A DNA stretch of 64,000 nucleotides from Bacilli bacterium (GCA_017434825.1 JAFSGC010000005.1:3-64002); one strand, 5' to 3'. Shown: positions 9,087 to 19,562, counted from the first letter of the stretch. Notes: generated by a model from the sequence alone, not told the origin. Made by a program: numbers and translations.

Positions 9087-10413
9087 GATAAAAGAAATAT
9101 TAGAAAATAAAAATATTGTTATATTAGGTTTTGGAAAAGAAGGAAAATCTACTTTAGAATATATCCGTAAATATTTTCCTGAGCAAAAAGTAACTGTTAT
9201 GGATCAAAACTTCCAAAATATTAGTATTGAAGATGAAAATGTTCGTATCATAGACGTCAATTTCGATGAGCTGGTAAATTACGATTTAATATTTAAAGCT
9301 CCAGGAGTATCATTAAAAAGTGTTAACGTAGCTCCATTTAAAGATAAAATTACTTCACAATTACAATTATTATTGGAAACCACTAAAGGGTTTACAATTG
9401 GTGTAACTGGTTCAAAAGGAAAAAGTACAACATCATCATTAATATATAAAATGATAAATGATCAAGGATATAAATCTTATTTAGTAGGAAATATTGGAAA
9501 TCCTATACTAGATGTTATAGATAATATTGATGAAGACACTTACGTTGTTATTGAGATGTCATCTCATCAACTAGAGTTTGTAAAAAATTCTCCTAATATT
9601 GGTATCATACTAAATTTATTTCCAGAACACCTTGACCATTATCGTAGTTTAGACGGATATTATAAAGCTAAATTAAATATAGCTAACTTTCAAACTAAAG
9701 ATGACTATTTTATTTATTCAACTGACAATGATGATTTAAAACAATATATTACTTACGTAAACACTGAGGCTGAACGCTTTGATTTAAATTTTGAAAAGAA
9801 AGAAAATTCATATGCATATATCAATGAAGACTATATCGTAGTTGATGATGAAAAAACATTTGATATTACAACTGATATTAAACTAAAAGGAATGCATAAT
9901 TTAAAAGATATTATGTTTGCATTATCTGTAGCCAGTTTATTAAACTTAGAATATGATAAGTGTATCAAAACAATAAATGAATTTGAACCTCTTGCTCATC
10001 GTATGGAACTCGTAGGAAAGTATAATGATATAATTTTCTATAACGATTCAATTGCAACGATTCCAGATGCGGCAATGAACGCTGTAAATAGCTTAGGAAA
10101 TGTTAATACACTGATAATTGGTGGCATGGACAGAGGCATTGATTATTCTGGATTCATTACATATTTAAAAGAATGCGATGTCGAAAATATAATTTGTATG
10201 CCTGATACAGGAATTAAAATTATGCAAGAAATCAAAGATGTTAAGAAAACTTATGAAGCAAAAGATATTGAGACTGCAGTAGATATTGCAAAAAAAGTAA
10301 CTAAGAAAGACGCGATTTGCTTATTATCTCCAGCGGCATCCAGTTATGGATTTTATAAAAATTTTGAAGAACGTGGAGATCGTTATAAAGAACATATCAA
10401 AAAGAATAATTAA
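9079..10413 (+). CDS. murD: MurD-family ligase, probably the L-Glu-adding MurD2
   Basis: ILGFGKEG, GVTGSKGKSTT, EMSSHQL, HLDHY, NDSIAT and LLSPAASSY motifs; ATG 9079 overlaps the murL end. Confidence 0.9.
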   Translation: MSKIKEILENKNIVILGFGKEGKSTLEYIRKYFPEQKVTVMDQNFQNISIEDENVRIIDVNFDELVNYDLIFKAPGVSLKSVNVAPFKDKITSQLQLLLETTKGFTIGVTGSKGKSTTSSLIYKMINDQGYKSYLVGNIGNPILDVIDNIDEDTYVVIEMSSHQLEFVKNSPNIGIILNLFPEHLDHYRSLDGYYKAKLNIANFQTKDDYFIYSTDNDDLKQYITYVNTEAERFDLNFEKKENSYAYINEDYIVVDDEKTFDITTDIKLKGMHNLKDIMFALSVASLLNLEYDKCIKTINEFEPLAHRMELVGKYNDIIFYNDSIATIPDAAMNAVNSLGNVNTLIIGGMDRGIDYSGFITYLKECDVENIICMPDTGIKIMQEIKDVKKTYEAKDIETAVDIAKKVTKKDAICLLSPAASSYGFYKNFEERGDRYKEHIKKNN

Positions 10414-10428
10414 AGGAAGTGATGTTAG

Positions 10429-11238
10429 TTGCCAGAGCTAGCAGAAGTACAAACAGTTAGAATCGTTTTAAAAAAACAAATATTAAATAAAACAATTAAG
10501 GACATAAAGATTTTGTATTCTAATATAATTGAAACAAATATTGATGTGTTTAAAGAAAAATTAATTGGAAAATGTTTTATAGATATAAAAAGAAAAGGTA
10601 AATACTTAATATTTGAAACTGAAGATCATTACCTAATTTCTCATCTTCGGATGGAAGGAAAATATTTTATAAAGCCTTTGAGTGATGAAATTAATAAACA
10701 TGAACATATCATATTTAAATTTGATGATTTTGATTTAAGATATCATGATACTCGAAAATTTGGAAAAATGGCTTTAATAGAAAAAACAAATTTAGAATCT
10801 TATTTTCGTAACATTGGTCCAGATGCCAACTCGGATGTTGATGTAAGTTACCTTTATAATAAATTAAATTCTAAGAAAAAGCCCATTAAGAGCTTGCTTT
10901 TGGATCAAAGTATAATTGCCGGATTAGGAAACATTTACGTAGATGAAGTCTTATTTGCATCAAAGATTAACCCCTTGGAATTAGGCAGTAATCTGTCTTT
11001 GGCGGATTGCCAGAACATCCTAGAAAGCTCCAAAAACATTTTAGATAATGCTATAAAATATAAGGGAACAACAATTCGAAGCTATACTTCATCGCTAAAT
11101 GTTGAAGGAGAATACCAAAACTATCTTAAAGTGCACACTAAAGCTGGAATGCCGTGTAATTGTGGTGATGTAATATCATGTATCAAAGTCGGAGGACGCT
11201 CAACTTATTATTGTCCTTCGTGTCAGAGGTTAAAATGA
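10429..11238 (+). CDS. mutM: Formamidopyrimidine-DNA glycosylase
   Basis: MPELAEV N-terminus, HLRMEG, GLGNIYVDE, C-terminal Zn finger (CPSCQ). Confidence 0.97.
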   Translation: MPELAEVQTVRIVLKKQILNKTIKDIKILYSNIIETNIDVFKEKLIGKCFIDIKRKGKYLIFETEDHYLISHLRMEGKYFIKPLSDEINKHEHIIFKFDDFDLRYHDTRKFGKMALIEKTNLESYFRNIGPDANSDVDVSYLYNKLNSKKKPIKSLLLDQSIIAGLGNIYVDEVLFASKINPLELGSNLSLADCQNILESSKNILDNAIKYKGTTIRSYTSSLNVEGEYQNYLKVHTKAGMPCNCGDVISCIKVGGRSTYYCPSCQRLK

Positions 11239-11807
11239 AAAATGAAAAAGTAGCAATATATTTATCTTTTTTATCAATGATCATTTTTCTGTTTAGTGCA
11301 TGCATCTGTTTTATAAAAGTAAATAAACGGGTAGATAATATAGAAAGTACTCCAACAGTGGCAATATTTAATTTTGATCATACATCATCTTCGATGAATA
11401 TTAATCCATTTGATATGTTTAGCGCTAAAGAAGAAGCAATCGCTTCGAACACTATCGAATTATCTGTAACATACTCCGGAGCTACCGCAAAAGCTTATCC
11501 GTTTAAAATAATTATGGATAATTATACTTCATATACCAAATCTGAAGGGGTAGACGGAGTAAACTCATTTGAATATACGTATGAAATTCTTAAGGATGGA
11601 ACAACGGTTCAGGAAGAAAAAGAAATTACATCATATACTGCAGGTAGTAAACTCGATTTATATGAAGAAGAATTAATGCCTTCAGACAAAACTATTAAAT
11701 ATTCCATTGTTTATCGGTTTTATGCTAATGAATATGACCAAAATCATTTAATGGGAACTTCACTTAGTAGTAATTTAAAAATAGAGCCAATTTCTAGCTC
11801 TAAATAA
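11235..11807 (+). CDS. Hypothetical membrane-anchored extracellular protein
   Basis: ATGA overlap with the mutM stop; one N-terminal TM; beta-rich remainder. Confidence 0.7.
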   Translation: MKNEKVAIYLSFLSMIIFLFSACICFIKVNKRVDNIESTPTVAIFNFDHTSSSMNINPFDMFSAKEEAIASNTIELSVTYSGATAKAYPFKIIMDNYTSYTKSEGVDGVNSFEYTYEILKDGTTVQEEKEITSYTAGSKLDLYEEELMPSDKTIKYSIVYRFYANEYDQNHLMGTSLSSNLKIEPISSSK

Positions 11808-11819
11808 AGCCAATTTTTA

Positions 11820-11848
11820 TTGACTAAAGTTCTAAAATATACTAAAAT
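11820..11848 (+). promoter_or_regulatory. Sigma-A promoter of the hisS operon leader
   Basis: TTGACT-17 bp-TAAAAT. Confidence 0.75.
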
Positions 11849-11854
11849 AAACAT

Positions 11855-11990
11855 AGATTTTCTATGGGAAAGTGACGACTTCCATTCAAACATAGAAACG
11901 CTAAATAGCGATAAAAAATAAAGACCTAGAAATAAGGTGGTACCGCGGTGCTTTTTTCATCGCCCTTATGATTTCTAGGTCTTTTTGTTT
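11855..11990 (+). promoter_or_regulatory. T-box riboswitch (compact, atypical)
   Basis: AAGGTGGTACCGCG T-box motif at 11934-11947; antiterminator helices ATAAGG/CCTTAT and GCGGTG/CATCGC; lies upstream of an aminoacyl-tRNA synthetase operon. Confidence 0.85.
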
Positions 11991-12005
11991 AAAGGAGGAA
12001 ATTTT

Positions 12006-13244
12006 ATGATAACAAAACCAAAAGGATGCTACGATATTACAGGAGTAGATTCACATTTATACCGTCAAATCGAGGATACAGTACATAGTTATGCTAATGT
12101 GTATAACTATAAATATATTCGTACACCTTTATTTGAAAATGCCGAACTATTTAAAAGAGGCGTAGGTGAAAGCAGTGATATCGTTCAAAAAGAAACTTAC
12201 GATTTTACAGATCGTTCTGGACGTGTAATGACATTAAGACCAGAAGGAACTGCGGGTGTTGTTCGTAATTTTATTGAAGATAAGTTATACGGTGGAGCAA
12301 TCAATCCAGTTAAACAGTATTATTTAGGAACAATGTATCGTTACGAAAGACCTGGTAATGGACGAAATCGTGAATTTACACAATTTGGAGTTGAGGCGCT
12401 AGGTAGTGATGATCCGCTTATTGACGCAGAAGTTATTTCAATGTCAGTTAATATTTTAAAAGAATTAGGCTTAGATGTAACTGTTAGAATTAATAACTTA
12501 GGAAGTGTTCAATGCCGCGAAAACTACAAACAAGCATTATTACAATATTTAAAACCACATATGAGCAGCCTTTGTGAAGATTGTCAAAAAAGAGCGGAAA
12601 TTAACCCGCTTAGAATATTGGATTGTAAAGTTGATGGTCAAACAGAATTCTTAAAAGGCGCTCCAAATATCTTGAATTATCAAAGTGAAGAAAGCAATGA
12701 AAGATTCCATAAAGTATTAGAATATCTTGATTATCTAGATGTAAACTATGAAATAGATCATAACCTAGTAAGAGGACTTGATTATTACGATTATATGGTT
12801 TACGAATTAGTTTTAGATGATAGTTTAGCCCTAGGAGGCGGAGGTCGTTATAATCATCTTGTAAACGAACTAGATGGTCCAACAACACCTTGCGTTGGCT
12901 TTGCCTGTGGCGTAGAAAGAATCATCAACCTACTTAAAGAAAGGTATACTGAAAATAACCAGGTTGATGTATACGTAATGGCTATTAATGAAGAAGAAAA
13001 AATGAAGGCAAATATTATCCTTCAAGATTTAAGATTAAGTGGCATAGTAGCTGAAACAAATTACCAAGAACGTGGGTTAAAAGCACAATTTAAAGATGCA
13101 GATCGTCACGGCGCTAAACAACTAATCATTTTAAATAGTGAAGATTTAGCTAAAGGATTAGTTAATATTAAAGATAATTTAACTAAGGAAGAACATAAAG
13201 TTCCTGAAGATGAAATAATAGATTATATTATAGGAGTGATATAA
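12006..13244 (+). CDS. hisS: Histidyl-tRNA synthetase
   Basis: LRPEGTAGVVR, YRYERP, LVRGLDYY and GGGRY motifs; RBS AAGGAGG. Confidence 0.97.
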   Translation: MITKPKGCYDITGVDSHLYRQIEDTVHSYANVYNYKYIRTPLFENAELFKRGVGESSDIVQKETYDFTDRSGRVMTLRPEGTAGVVRNFIEDKLYGGAINPVKQYYLGTMYRYERPGNGRNREFTQFGVEALGSDDPLIDAEVISMSVNILKELGLDVTVRINNLGSVQCRENYKQALLQYLKPHMSSLCEDCQKRAEINPLRILDCKVDGQTEFLKGAPNILNYQSEESNERFHKVLEYLDYLDVNYEIDHNLVRGLDYYDYMVYELVLDDSLALGGGGRYNHLVNELDGPTTPCVGFACGVERIINLLKERYTENNQVDVYVMAINEEEKMKANIILQDLRLSGIVAETNYQERGLKAQFKDADRHGAKQLIILNSEDLAKGLVNIKDNLTKEEHKVPEDEIIDYIIGVI

Positions 13245-14609
13245 ATGGATTTAAAAGACATTTTAAAAGATATAGAAAAACATTTAGATACTGAAGTAGA
13301 ACTAAATGGTTGGATTAGAAATCATCGGCCACAAAAAGAATTTGGCTTTATAGCATTTAACGATGGAACTACACAAAGCGGAATTCAAATTGTTTATGAT
13401 AACACATTAGAAAACTTTAATGAAATCTCTAAACTTTTAGTAGGATGTTCATTAAATGTAAAGGGAAAATTAGTTAAATCCGAAGGTAAAGAAGATTACG
13501 AAATTAAAGCAAACCAAATTACATTATTAGGCTCTTGTCCTGAGGATTATCCAATTCAACCTAAAAGACATACTAGAGAATTTTTAAGAGAACAAGCTTA
13601 TTTAAGACCAAGAACAAATCTTTTTACTGCTGTATTTAGAGTGAGAAGTGTAGCTGCTTATGCAATTCATAAATTTTTTAATGAAAATAACTTTGTATAT
13701 GTTCATACACCAATAATCACTGCAAGTGACTGTGAAGGCGCTGGAGAAATGTTCCAAGTAACTACACTAGACTTAGAAAGAGTAAATGGAAAAGCAGATT
13801 ATTCAAAAGATTTCTTTGGTAAACAAGCATCACTTACTGTATCAGGTCAATTACAAGTAGAACCGTTTGCTATGAACTATAAAAAAGTATATACTTTCGG
13901 ACCTACATTTAGAGCTGAAAATTCAAATACTAAAACTCACGCATCAGAATTCTGGATGATTGAACCAGAAATGGCATTTACTGATTTAAATGGTGATATG
14001 CAAGTAATGGAAGCCATGCTTAAATATGTAATTTCATATGTACTTGACAATTGTAAAGATGAAATGAAATTCTTAGATAACTTTGTAGAAAAAGGATTAG
14101 TAGAAAAACTTACAAAACTAATTAACTCTAAATTTACAAGAATTACGCATGAAGAATGTATAAGAATTTTAAAAGAATCAGGACAAAAATTTGAATTCAC
14201 GCCTGAATATGGTGAAGATATTGCAAAAGAACACGAAAAATATATTACAGAACACTTTGATGGCCCAGTATTTATTTATAACTGGCCTAAAGACATTAAA
14301 GCATTCTATATGAAACAAAACGATGATGGTAAAACCGTTGCTGCTGTTGACCTTGAAGTTCCAGGCGCTGGCGAGTTAATGGGTGGAAGTCAAAGAGAAG
14401 AAGACTATGAAAAACTAGCTGCTAGAATGAAAGAATTAGATATGGAAACTGAAGGTCTTGAATGGTATTTAAACCTAAGAAAATATGGCGGTTGTGTTCA
14501 TTCTGGATTTGGAATGGGATTTGAAAGATTATTAATCTATATTACAGGTGTAGACAATATTCGTGACGTTATTCCTTATCCAAGAACTCCAAAAAACTGT
14601 GAATTTTAA
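13245..14609 (+). CDS. asnS: Asparaginyl-tRNA synthetase
   Basis: LTVSGQL, FGPTFRAENSNT, EFWMIEPE, GGSQRE and GFGMGFERL motifs. Confidence 0.97.
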   Translation: MDLKDILKDIEKHLDTEVELNGWIRNHRPQKEFGFIAFNDGTTQSGIQIVYDNTLENFNEISKLLVGCSLNVKGKLVKSEGKEDYEIKANQITLLGSCPEDYPIQPKRHTREFLREQAYLRPRTNLFTAVFRVRSVAAYAIHKFFNENNFVYVHTPIITASDCEGAGEMFQVTTLDLERVNGKADYSKDFFGKQASLTVSGQLQVEPFAMNYKKVYTFGPTFRAENSNTKTHASEFWMIEPEMAFTDLNGDMQVMEAMLKYVISYVLDNCKDEMKFLDNFVEKGLVEKLTKLINSKFTRITHEECIRILKESGQKFEFTPEYGEDIAKEHEKYITEHFDGPVFIYNWPKDIKAFYMKQNDDGKTVAAVDLEVPGAGELMGGSQREEDYEKLAARMKELDMETEGLEWYLNLRKYGGCVHSGFGMGFERLLIYITGVDNIRDVIPYPRTPKNCEF

Positions 14610-14628
14610 TAAATAGAAAGGAAGTAAA

Positions 14629-16383
14629 ATGAAAACGTTATTTAATAATAAAATTAACGAAACATATATTAATCAAACTGTTACACTACACGGATGGGTT
14701 AGTCGTGTAAGAAATTTAGGCGGACTAATCTTTATCGATTTAAGAGACCGTAGTGGATTAATTCAATTAGTAGTAAATCCCGACAACAAAAACTATGAAA
14801 TTGCCAATTCATTAAAAAGTGAATATGTAATTAAAGTTACTGGTAAAGTTGTTAAAAGAGAAAATGCTAATGACAAAATCGAAACTGGAAGTATTGAAGT
14901 GATTGTAGATGAATTAAATGTTCTAAATACATCTTTAGAAGTTCCGTTTCAAATAACTGATGATGTAACAGCATTAGAAGAAACAAGACTTAAATATCGT
15001 TACTTAGATATAAGAAGACCATACATTAGTAATAAATTAGTATTAAGACATAAAATTACAATGGCTATTAGAAATTATTTAGATAGCTTAAACTTTCTAG
15101 AGGTAGAAACTCCAATTTTATGTAAAAGTACTCCGGAAGGAGCAAGAGACTACCTGGTTCCATCAAGAATCTTCAATGGCAAGTTCTTTGCTCTTCCTCA
15201 ATCACCACAAATTTATAAACAATTATTAATGGTTGGAGGAATCGAAAGATATTTCCAAATAGCTAAATGTTTTAGAGATGAAGATTTAAGAGCAGACCGT
15301 CAACCAGAATTCACTCAAGTAGACGTTGAAATGAGTTTTGTTAACGAAGATGACGTAATAACTCTTGGAGAAAACTTAGTAGCACAAGTGTTTAAAGAAG
15401 TAAAAGGAATTGATATTGAGCTTCCTTTACAAAGAATGAAATATAATGATGCAATTAATCTATATGGTAGCGATAAACCAGATTTAAGATTTGAAATGGT
15501 AATCAATGATATCTCGGATGTTTTTTCAAATACAAATGTAGAATTTCTTAAAAGCACATTAAACGAAGGCGGAATCATTAATGCCATCGTTGCTAAAAAT
15601 CTTGCAGATAAATATTCAAGAAAAGAAATAGACAAATTAACTGAATACGTAAAAACATATCGAGCTTCAGGATTAGCTTATATTAAGTATGGAGAAGAAA
15701 TTTCTGGAAGTTTAGTTAAATCTTTAAATGAAGCTGAACTAAATAATATTAAAGAAACTTTAAACGTAGAAAATAATGATATTGTATTCATTATAAGTGG
15801 TAATAAAAAAGTTGTAAAAACTGCACTTGGAGCTTTAAGATGTAAAATAGCTTCAGATAATAATTTGATAAAAGCACATGATTATAAATTATTATGGGTA
15901 ACCGATTTCCCTTCGTTTGAATGGAGCGAAGAAGAAAATCGTTTCATGGCATGTCACCATCCATTTACTTCTCCTAAAGACGAAGATGTTGATAAACTAT
16001 TAACTGATAAAGCCAATTGCTATTCAAAAGCATATGACATTGTAATAAATGGATATGAAGCCGGTGGGGGAAGTATCAGAATTCATGACGGAAGTGTTCA
16101 AGAAAAAATGTTCGAAGCGCTTGAATTAACTCCACAAGACATTGAAGAAAAATTTGGTTTCTTCGTAGATGCACTAAAATACGGAACTCCACCACACGGA
16201 GGGTTTGCATTAGGCCTTGACCGTTTAACAATGTTACTTACTGAAACAGAAAACATTAGAGATGTTATAGCGTTCCCTAAAACTGCATCAAGTAATGATT
16301 TAATGAGTGAAGCTCCTAATGTAGTTGATGAATATCAATTAAAAGAATTAGGAATTGAAATCGGAGGTAAAAAAGATGAATAA
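14629..16383 (+). CDS. aspS: Aspartyl-tRNA synthetase
   Basis: GGLIFIDLRD, STPEGARDYLVPSR, ALPQSPQ, FRDEDLRADRQPEFTQ and PPHGG motifs. Confidence 0.98.
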   Translation: MKTLFNNKINETYINQTVTLHGWVSRVRNLGGLIFIDLRDRSGLIQLVVNPDNKNYEIANSLKSEYVIKVTGKVVKRENANDKIETGSIEVIVDELNVLNTSLEVPFQITDDVTALEETRLKYRYLDIRRPYISNKLVLRHKITMAIRNYLDSLNFLEVETPILCKSTPEGARDYLVPSRIFNGKFFALPQSPQIYKQLLMVGGIERYFQIAKCFRDEDLRADRQPEFTQVDVEMSFVNEDDVITLGENLVAQVFKEVKGIDIELPLQRMKYNDAINLYGSDKPDLRFEMVINDISDVFSNTNVEFLKSTLNEGGIINAIVAKNLADKYSRKEIDKLTEYVKTYRASGLAYIKYGEEISGSLVKSLNEAELNNIKETLNVENNDIVFIISGNKKVVKTALGALRCKIASDNNLIKAHDYKLLWVTDFPSFEWSEEENRFMACHHPFTSPKDEDVDKLLTDKANCYSKAYDIVINGYEAGGGSIRIHDGSVQEKMFEALELTPQDIEEKFGFFVDALKYGTPPHGGFALGLDRLTMLLTETENIRDVIAFPKTASSNDLMSEAPNVVDEYQLKELGIEIGGKKDE

Positions 16384-16672
16384 TTTTACCAAAGAAATGA
16401 TAAATGATTATGCTGAAAAATTATTATTTGGCCTTTCTGAAGAAGAATGTACAACTCTTTTGGAAGAATTCGATATAATCAATGAAAACATGGAAATTAT
16501 AAGCAATATTGCTGGTATTAGCGATGTTGATCCTCAAAGTTTTCCATGTGAATTTACTTTAACTGAATTAAGAGAAGATATTCCTGAAGAATCATTAAAC
16601 ATTGAGGACATTCTTGCTAATTGCGACGAAAAGATTGATCGCGTAGTTGAAGTACCAAAGGTGGTGGGATAA
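16376..16672 (+). CDS. gatC: Glu/Asp-tRNA amidotransferase subunit C
   Basis: ~98 aa, LRED motif, VPKVV end, directly before gatA. Confidence 0.9.
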   Translation: MNNFTKEMINDYAEKLLFGLSEEECTTLLEEFDIINENMEIISNIAGISDVDPQSFPCEFTLTELREDIPEESLNIEDILANCDEKIDRVVEVPKVVG

Positions 16673-18135
16673 TGAGATATTTAGATAAAGACCTACTTAC
16701 AATTCATAACGCGTTAAAAAGCGGAGAAGTAACTTCAAAAGAACTTATTGAAGAAAGTATCAACGAAATAAAAAAATATAATGATCAAATTAATGCATTC
16801 AACCTAATTTGTGAAGATGCAAAAGAAGTTGAAGTAAACGATAATATTCTATCTGGAATTCCATACGGGATGAAAGACATTATTTCTACCAAAGGTGTAA
16901 GAACCACCGCTTGTTCAAACACTCTAAAAGATTACGTTCCTATTTACAATGCGGCTGCATATCAAAACTTATGTAATACTGGGGCAATAATGATTGGAAA
17001 AACAAATCTAGATGAACTTGCGATGGGAGCTACAGGAACTACTGGTAATACTGGAGCTGTTCACAATCCTTGGAATATAAATCATATTGCAGGAGGGTCT
17101 TCTGCTGGAAGTGCTGCCGCTGTTGCTTTAGGTTTAGTTCCTTATGCAATTGGAACAGATACTGGTGATTCAATTAGAAAGCCTGCTGCATTCACCGGTA
17201 CAGTTGGATATAAGCCATCATATGGATTAATAAGCAGATTCGGACTTTTTGCGTTTGCTTCTTCATTAGATCATATAGGAACATTTACTAGAAACGTTAA
17301 AGATGCAGCTATTGTTGTAGATGCAATGAAAGGTGCAGATGTAAATGACATGACATCAATCAGGGATATGGATAACGTATCACTATATAATTCTATTGAT
17401 GGCAATGTTAAAGGTAAAAAGTTATTTTATATTAAAGAGATTTGTGATAAAAATAATTACGATAATGAAGATACAATAAAAATTATTGATGAATTTAATA
17501 AAACGATTGAAAAAGTAAGAAATTTAGGAATTCAAGTAGATGAAGTATCAGTAGATTTTAATTTATTAAATGCAATTAAACCTGCATATGACTCAATTAC
17601 ATGTGCAGAAGCTACTTCAAACGATTCTAACTTAACTGGTATTATTTTTGGCCCAAGAGGAAACGGTAATAGCGTTACCGAAGTAATGAAAGACCATCGT
17701 ACCAAAGGATTTTCTCCGTTTGTTAAAAGAAGATTTGTTATTGGAAGTTTTATTCTTCAAAAAGAAAATCAAGAAAAATATTTTATTAATGCAAAACGCG
17801 TAAGAAGACTAATTTGTGACAAATTTAATGAATTATTTAAAGAATACGATGGATTAATTTTACCATGTTCAGGTTCTGGAGCTACTACTTTAGAAAAAGC
17901 TCAAGATAAAATGACACGTACAAATCGTTATCGTGTACTACTAGAAAATCATTTAGCAGTAGGTAACTTCGGAGGATATCCATCCATTACAATTCCTAAT
18001 GGATTTATTAATGAAATGCCAACCGGAATTAATATTACAGGAGCATTTAAAGATGATGCTAATGTATTGAATATTGCTTCTGCCATTGAAGATGAACTAG
18101 GATTTAAAAATCAAGTAGTAAAGGAGGTAAAATAA
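16672..18135 (+). CDS. gatA: Amidotransferase subunit A
   Basis: Amidase signature GKTNLDE, GGSSAGSA, GTDTGDSIRKPA. Confidence 0.95.
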   Translation: MRYLDKDLLTIHNALKSGEVTSKELIEESINEIKKYNDQINAFNLICEDAKEVEVNDNILSGIPYGMKDIISTKGVRTTACSNTLKDYVPIYNAAAYQNLCNTGAIMIGKTNLDELAMGATGTTGNTGAVHNPWNINHIAGGSSAGSAAAVALGLVPYAIGTDTGDSIRKPAAFTGTVGYKPSYGLISRFGLFAFASSLDHIGTFTRNVKDAAIVVDAMKGADVNDMTSIRDMDNVSLYNSIDGNVKGKKLFYIKEICDKNNYDNEDTIKIIDEFNKTIEKVRNLGIQVDEVSVDFNLLNAIKPAYDSITCAEATSNDSNLTGIIFGPRGNGNSVTEVMKDHRTKGFSPFVKRRFVIGSFILQKENQEKYFINAKRVRRLICDKFNELFKEYDGLILPCSGSGATTLEKAQDKMTRTNRYRVLLENHLAVGNFGGYPSITIPNGFINEMPTGINITGAFKDDANVLNIASAIEDELGFKNQVVKEVK

Positions 18136-19562
18136 TGAACTATCGTTTAGTTATTGGACTTGAAATGCACTGCGAAATGAAAAGTAATTCAAAAGTGTTT
18201 AGTCCAGCCTCTAATATATATAATAAAATTGCTAATGCTAACGTTGTAGGTATTGATCTAGGGCTTCCCGGAATATTACCTAACGTGAATAAAGAATGCG
18301 TAAGAAAAGCATTAATGGCATCTTTAATTCTTAACTGTAAGCAACCGGAATACTTAATGTTTGATCGTAAAAATTATTATTATCCTGATCTTCCAAAAGG
18401 ATATCAAATTACACAAGCAACTATGCCGATAGGAGTAGATGGTCACATTGATATTGAATGTAATGGTAAAATGATTCCTATTACAATTCAAGATATCCAT
18501 CTAGAAGAAGACTCTGCATCTTTAGACCATTTATCATCTACATCGCTAATTGATTATAACCGTGCAGGGGTGCCACTTTTAGAGTGTGTTACAGATCCTT
18601 GTATGCATTCAGCAGATGAAGCTGTAGCTTTCTTAGATACTATGTGTCGTATATATCAATATACTGATATATCTGAAGCAGATACTAAAAAAGGTCAAAT
18701 AAGATGTGACGTAAACGTAAGTTTACAAGATGAAGAAGGTAATTTCTTAACTCCAAAAGTAGAAGTTAAAAATGTTAACTCTTTAGGTAATGTAAGAGAT
18801 ACAATCCTATATGAAGAACAAAGACAATGGGAACTTTATTGTGCGGGACGCGCTGATGAATTAATTCAAGAAACCCGCCGCTTTGACGAAGAAACTGGAA
18901 CAACAATTCATATGCGTAGTAAAGTTGATGCTGTTGATTACAAATATTTTGTAGAACCAAACATTCCTCCGATTAAAATCGATAAAGAATATGTTAAAAC
19001 TATAAAAGACTCAATCCCAATGCTTGCAACAGAACGTAAGAAAATGTATATAGATACATACCATCTAGAAGAAAAAGATGCAAATATCATCGTTAAAGAT
19101 AAGAAGAATGCGGATTATTTCGAAGAATGCATCAATATAGGGATCGAACCTAAAACGGCTTGCAATTGGTTAAATGGTTTAATTATTGCATATATCAATA
19201 AAGAAGATATATCCCTAGATGATTTTTATATTAGACCAAACTTATTAAAGCAAATTATTGATAAGCAAAACGACAATACAATTTCTTCGAAACAAGCTAA
19301 AGAAGTTTTCTATAAAGCCTTAGAGGAAAAGAAAGAACCTAAAGAATTCATTTCTAAAGAAAACAGTCAAATTACCGATGAAAAAGCAATCGAAGAAATA
19401 ATAGATAATATACTTGCAGCACATCCTACTCAAATTGAAGAATATCAAAATGGAAAAACTAATATGTTTGATTTCTTTGTAGGTCAAGTAATGAAGGAAA
19501 CAAGAGGTAAAGCAAGTCCTATTATTACTAAAGAATTATTACGTAAAAAGATTGATAAATAA
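18135..19562 (+). CDS. gatB: Amidotransferase subunit B
   Basis: VIGLEMH, FDRKNYYYPDLPKGYQITQ, DYNRAGVPL and RCDVNVS motifs. Confidence 0.97.
   Translation: MNYRLVIGLEMHCEMKSNSKVFSPASNIYNKIANANVVGIDLGLPGILPNVNKECVRKALMASLILNCKQPEYLMFDRKNYYYPDLPKGYQITQATMPIGVDGHIDIECNGKMIPITIQDIHLEEDSASLDHLSSTSLIDYNRAGVPLLECVTDPCMHSADEAVAFLDTMCRIYQYTDISEADTKKGQIRCDVNVSLQDEEGNFLTPKVEVKNVNSLGNVRDTILYEEQRQWELYCAGRADELIQETRRFDEETGTTIHMRSKVDAVDYKYFVEPNIPPIKIDKEYVKTIKDSIPMLATERKKMYIDTYHLEEKDANIIVKDKKNADYFEECINIGIEPKTACNWLNGLIIAYINKEDISLDDFYIRPNLLKQIIDKQNDNTISSKQAKEVFYKALEEKKEPKEFISKENSQITDEKAIEEIIDNILAAHPTQIEEYQNGKTNMFDFFVGQVMKETRGKASPIITKELLRKKIDK

Noticed and set aside
5181-19562. Mollicute genetic code 4 (TGA=Trp)
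   Set aside because: Long genes translate fully with code 11, Trp is TGG, and TGA ends mutM and other genes at ATGA overlaps.
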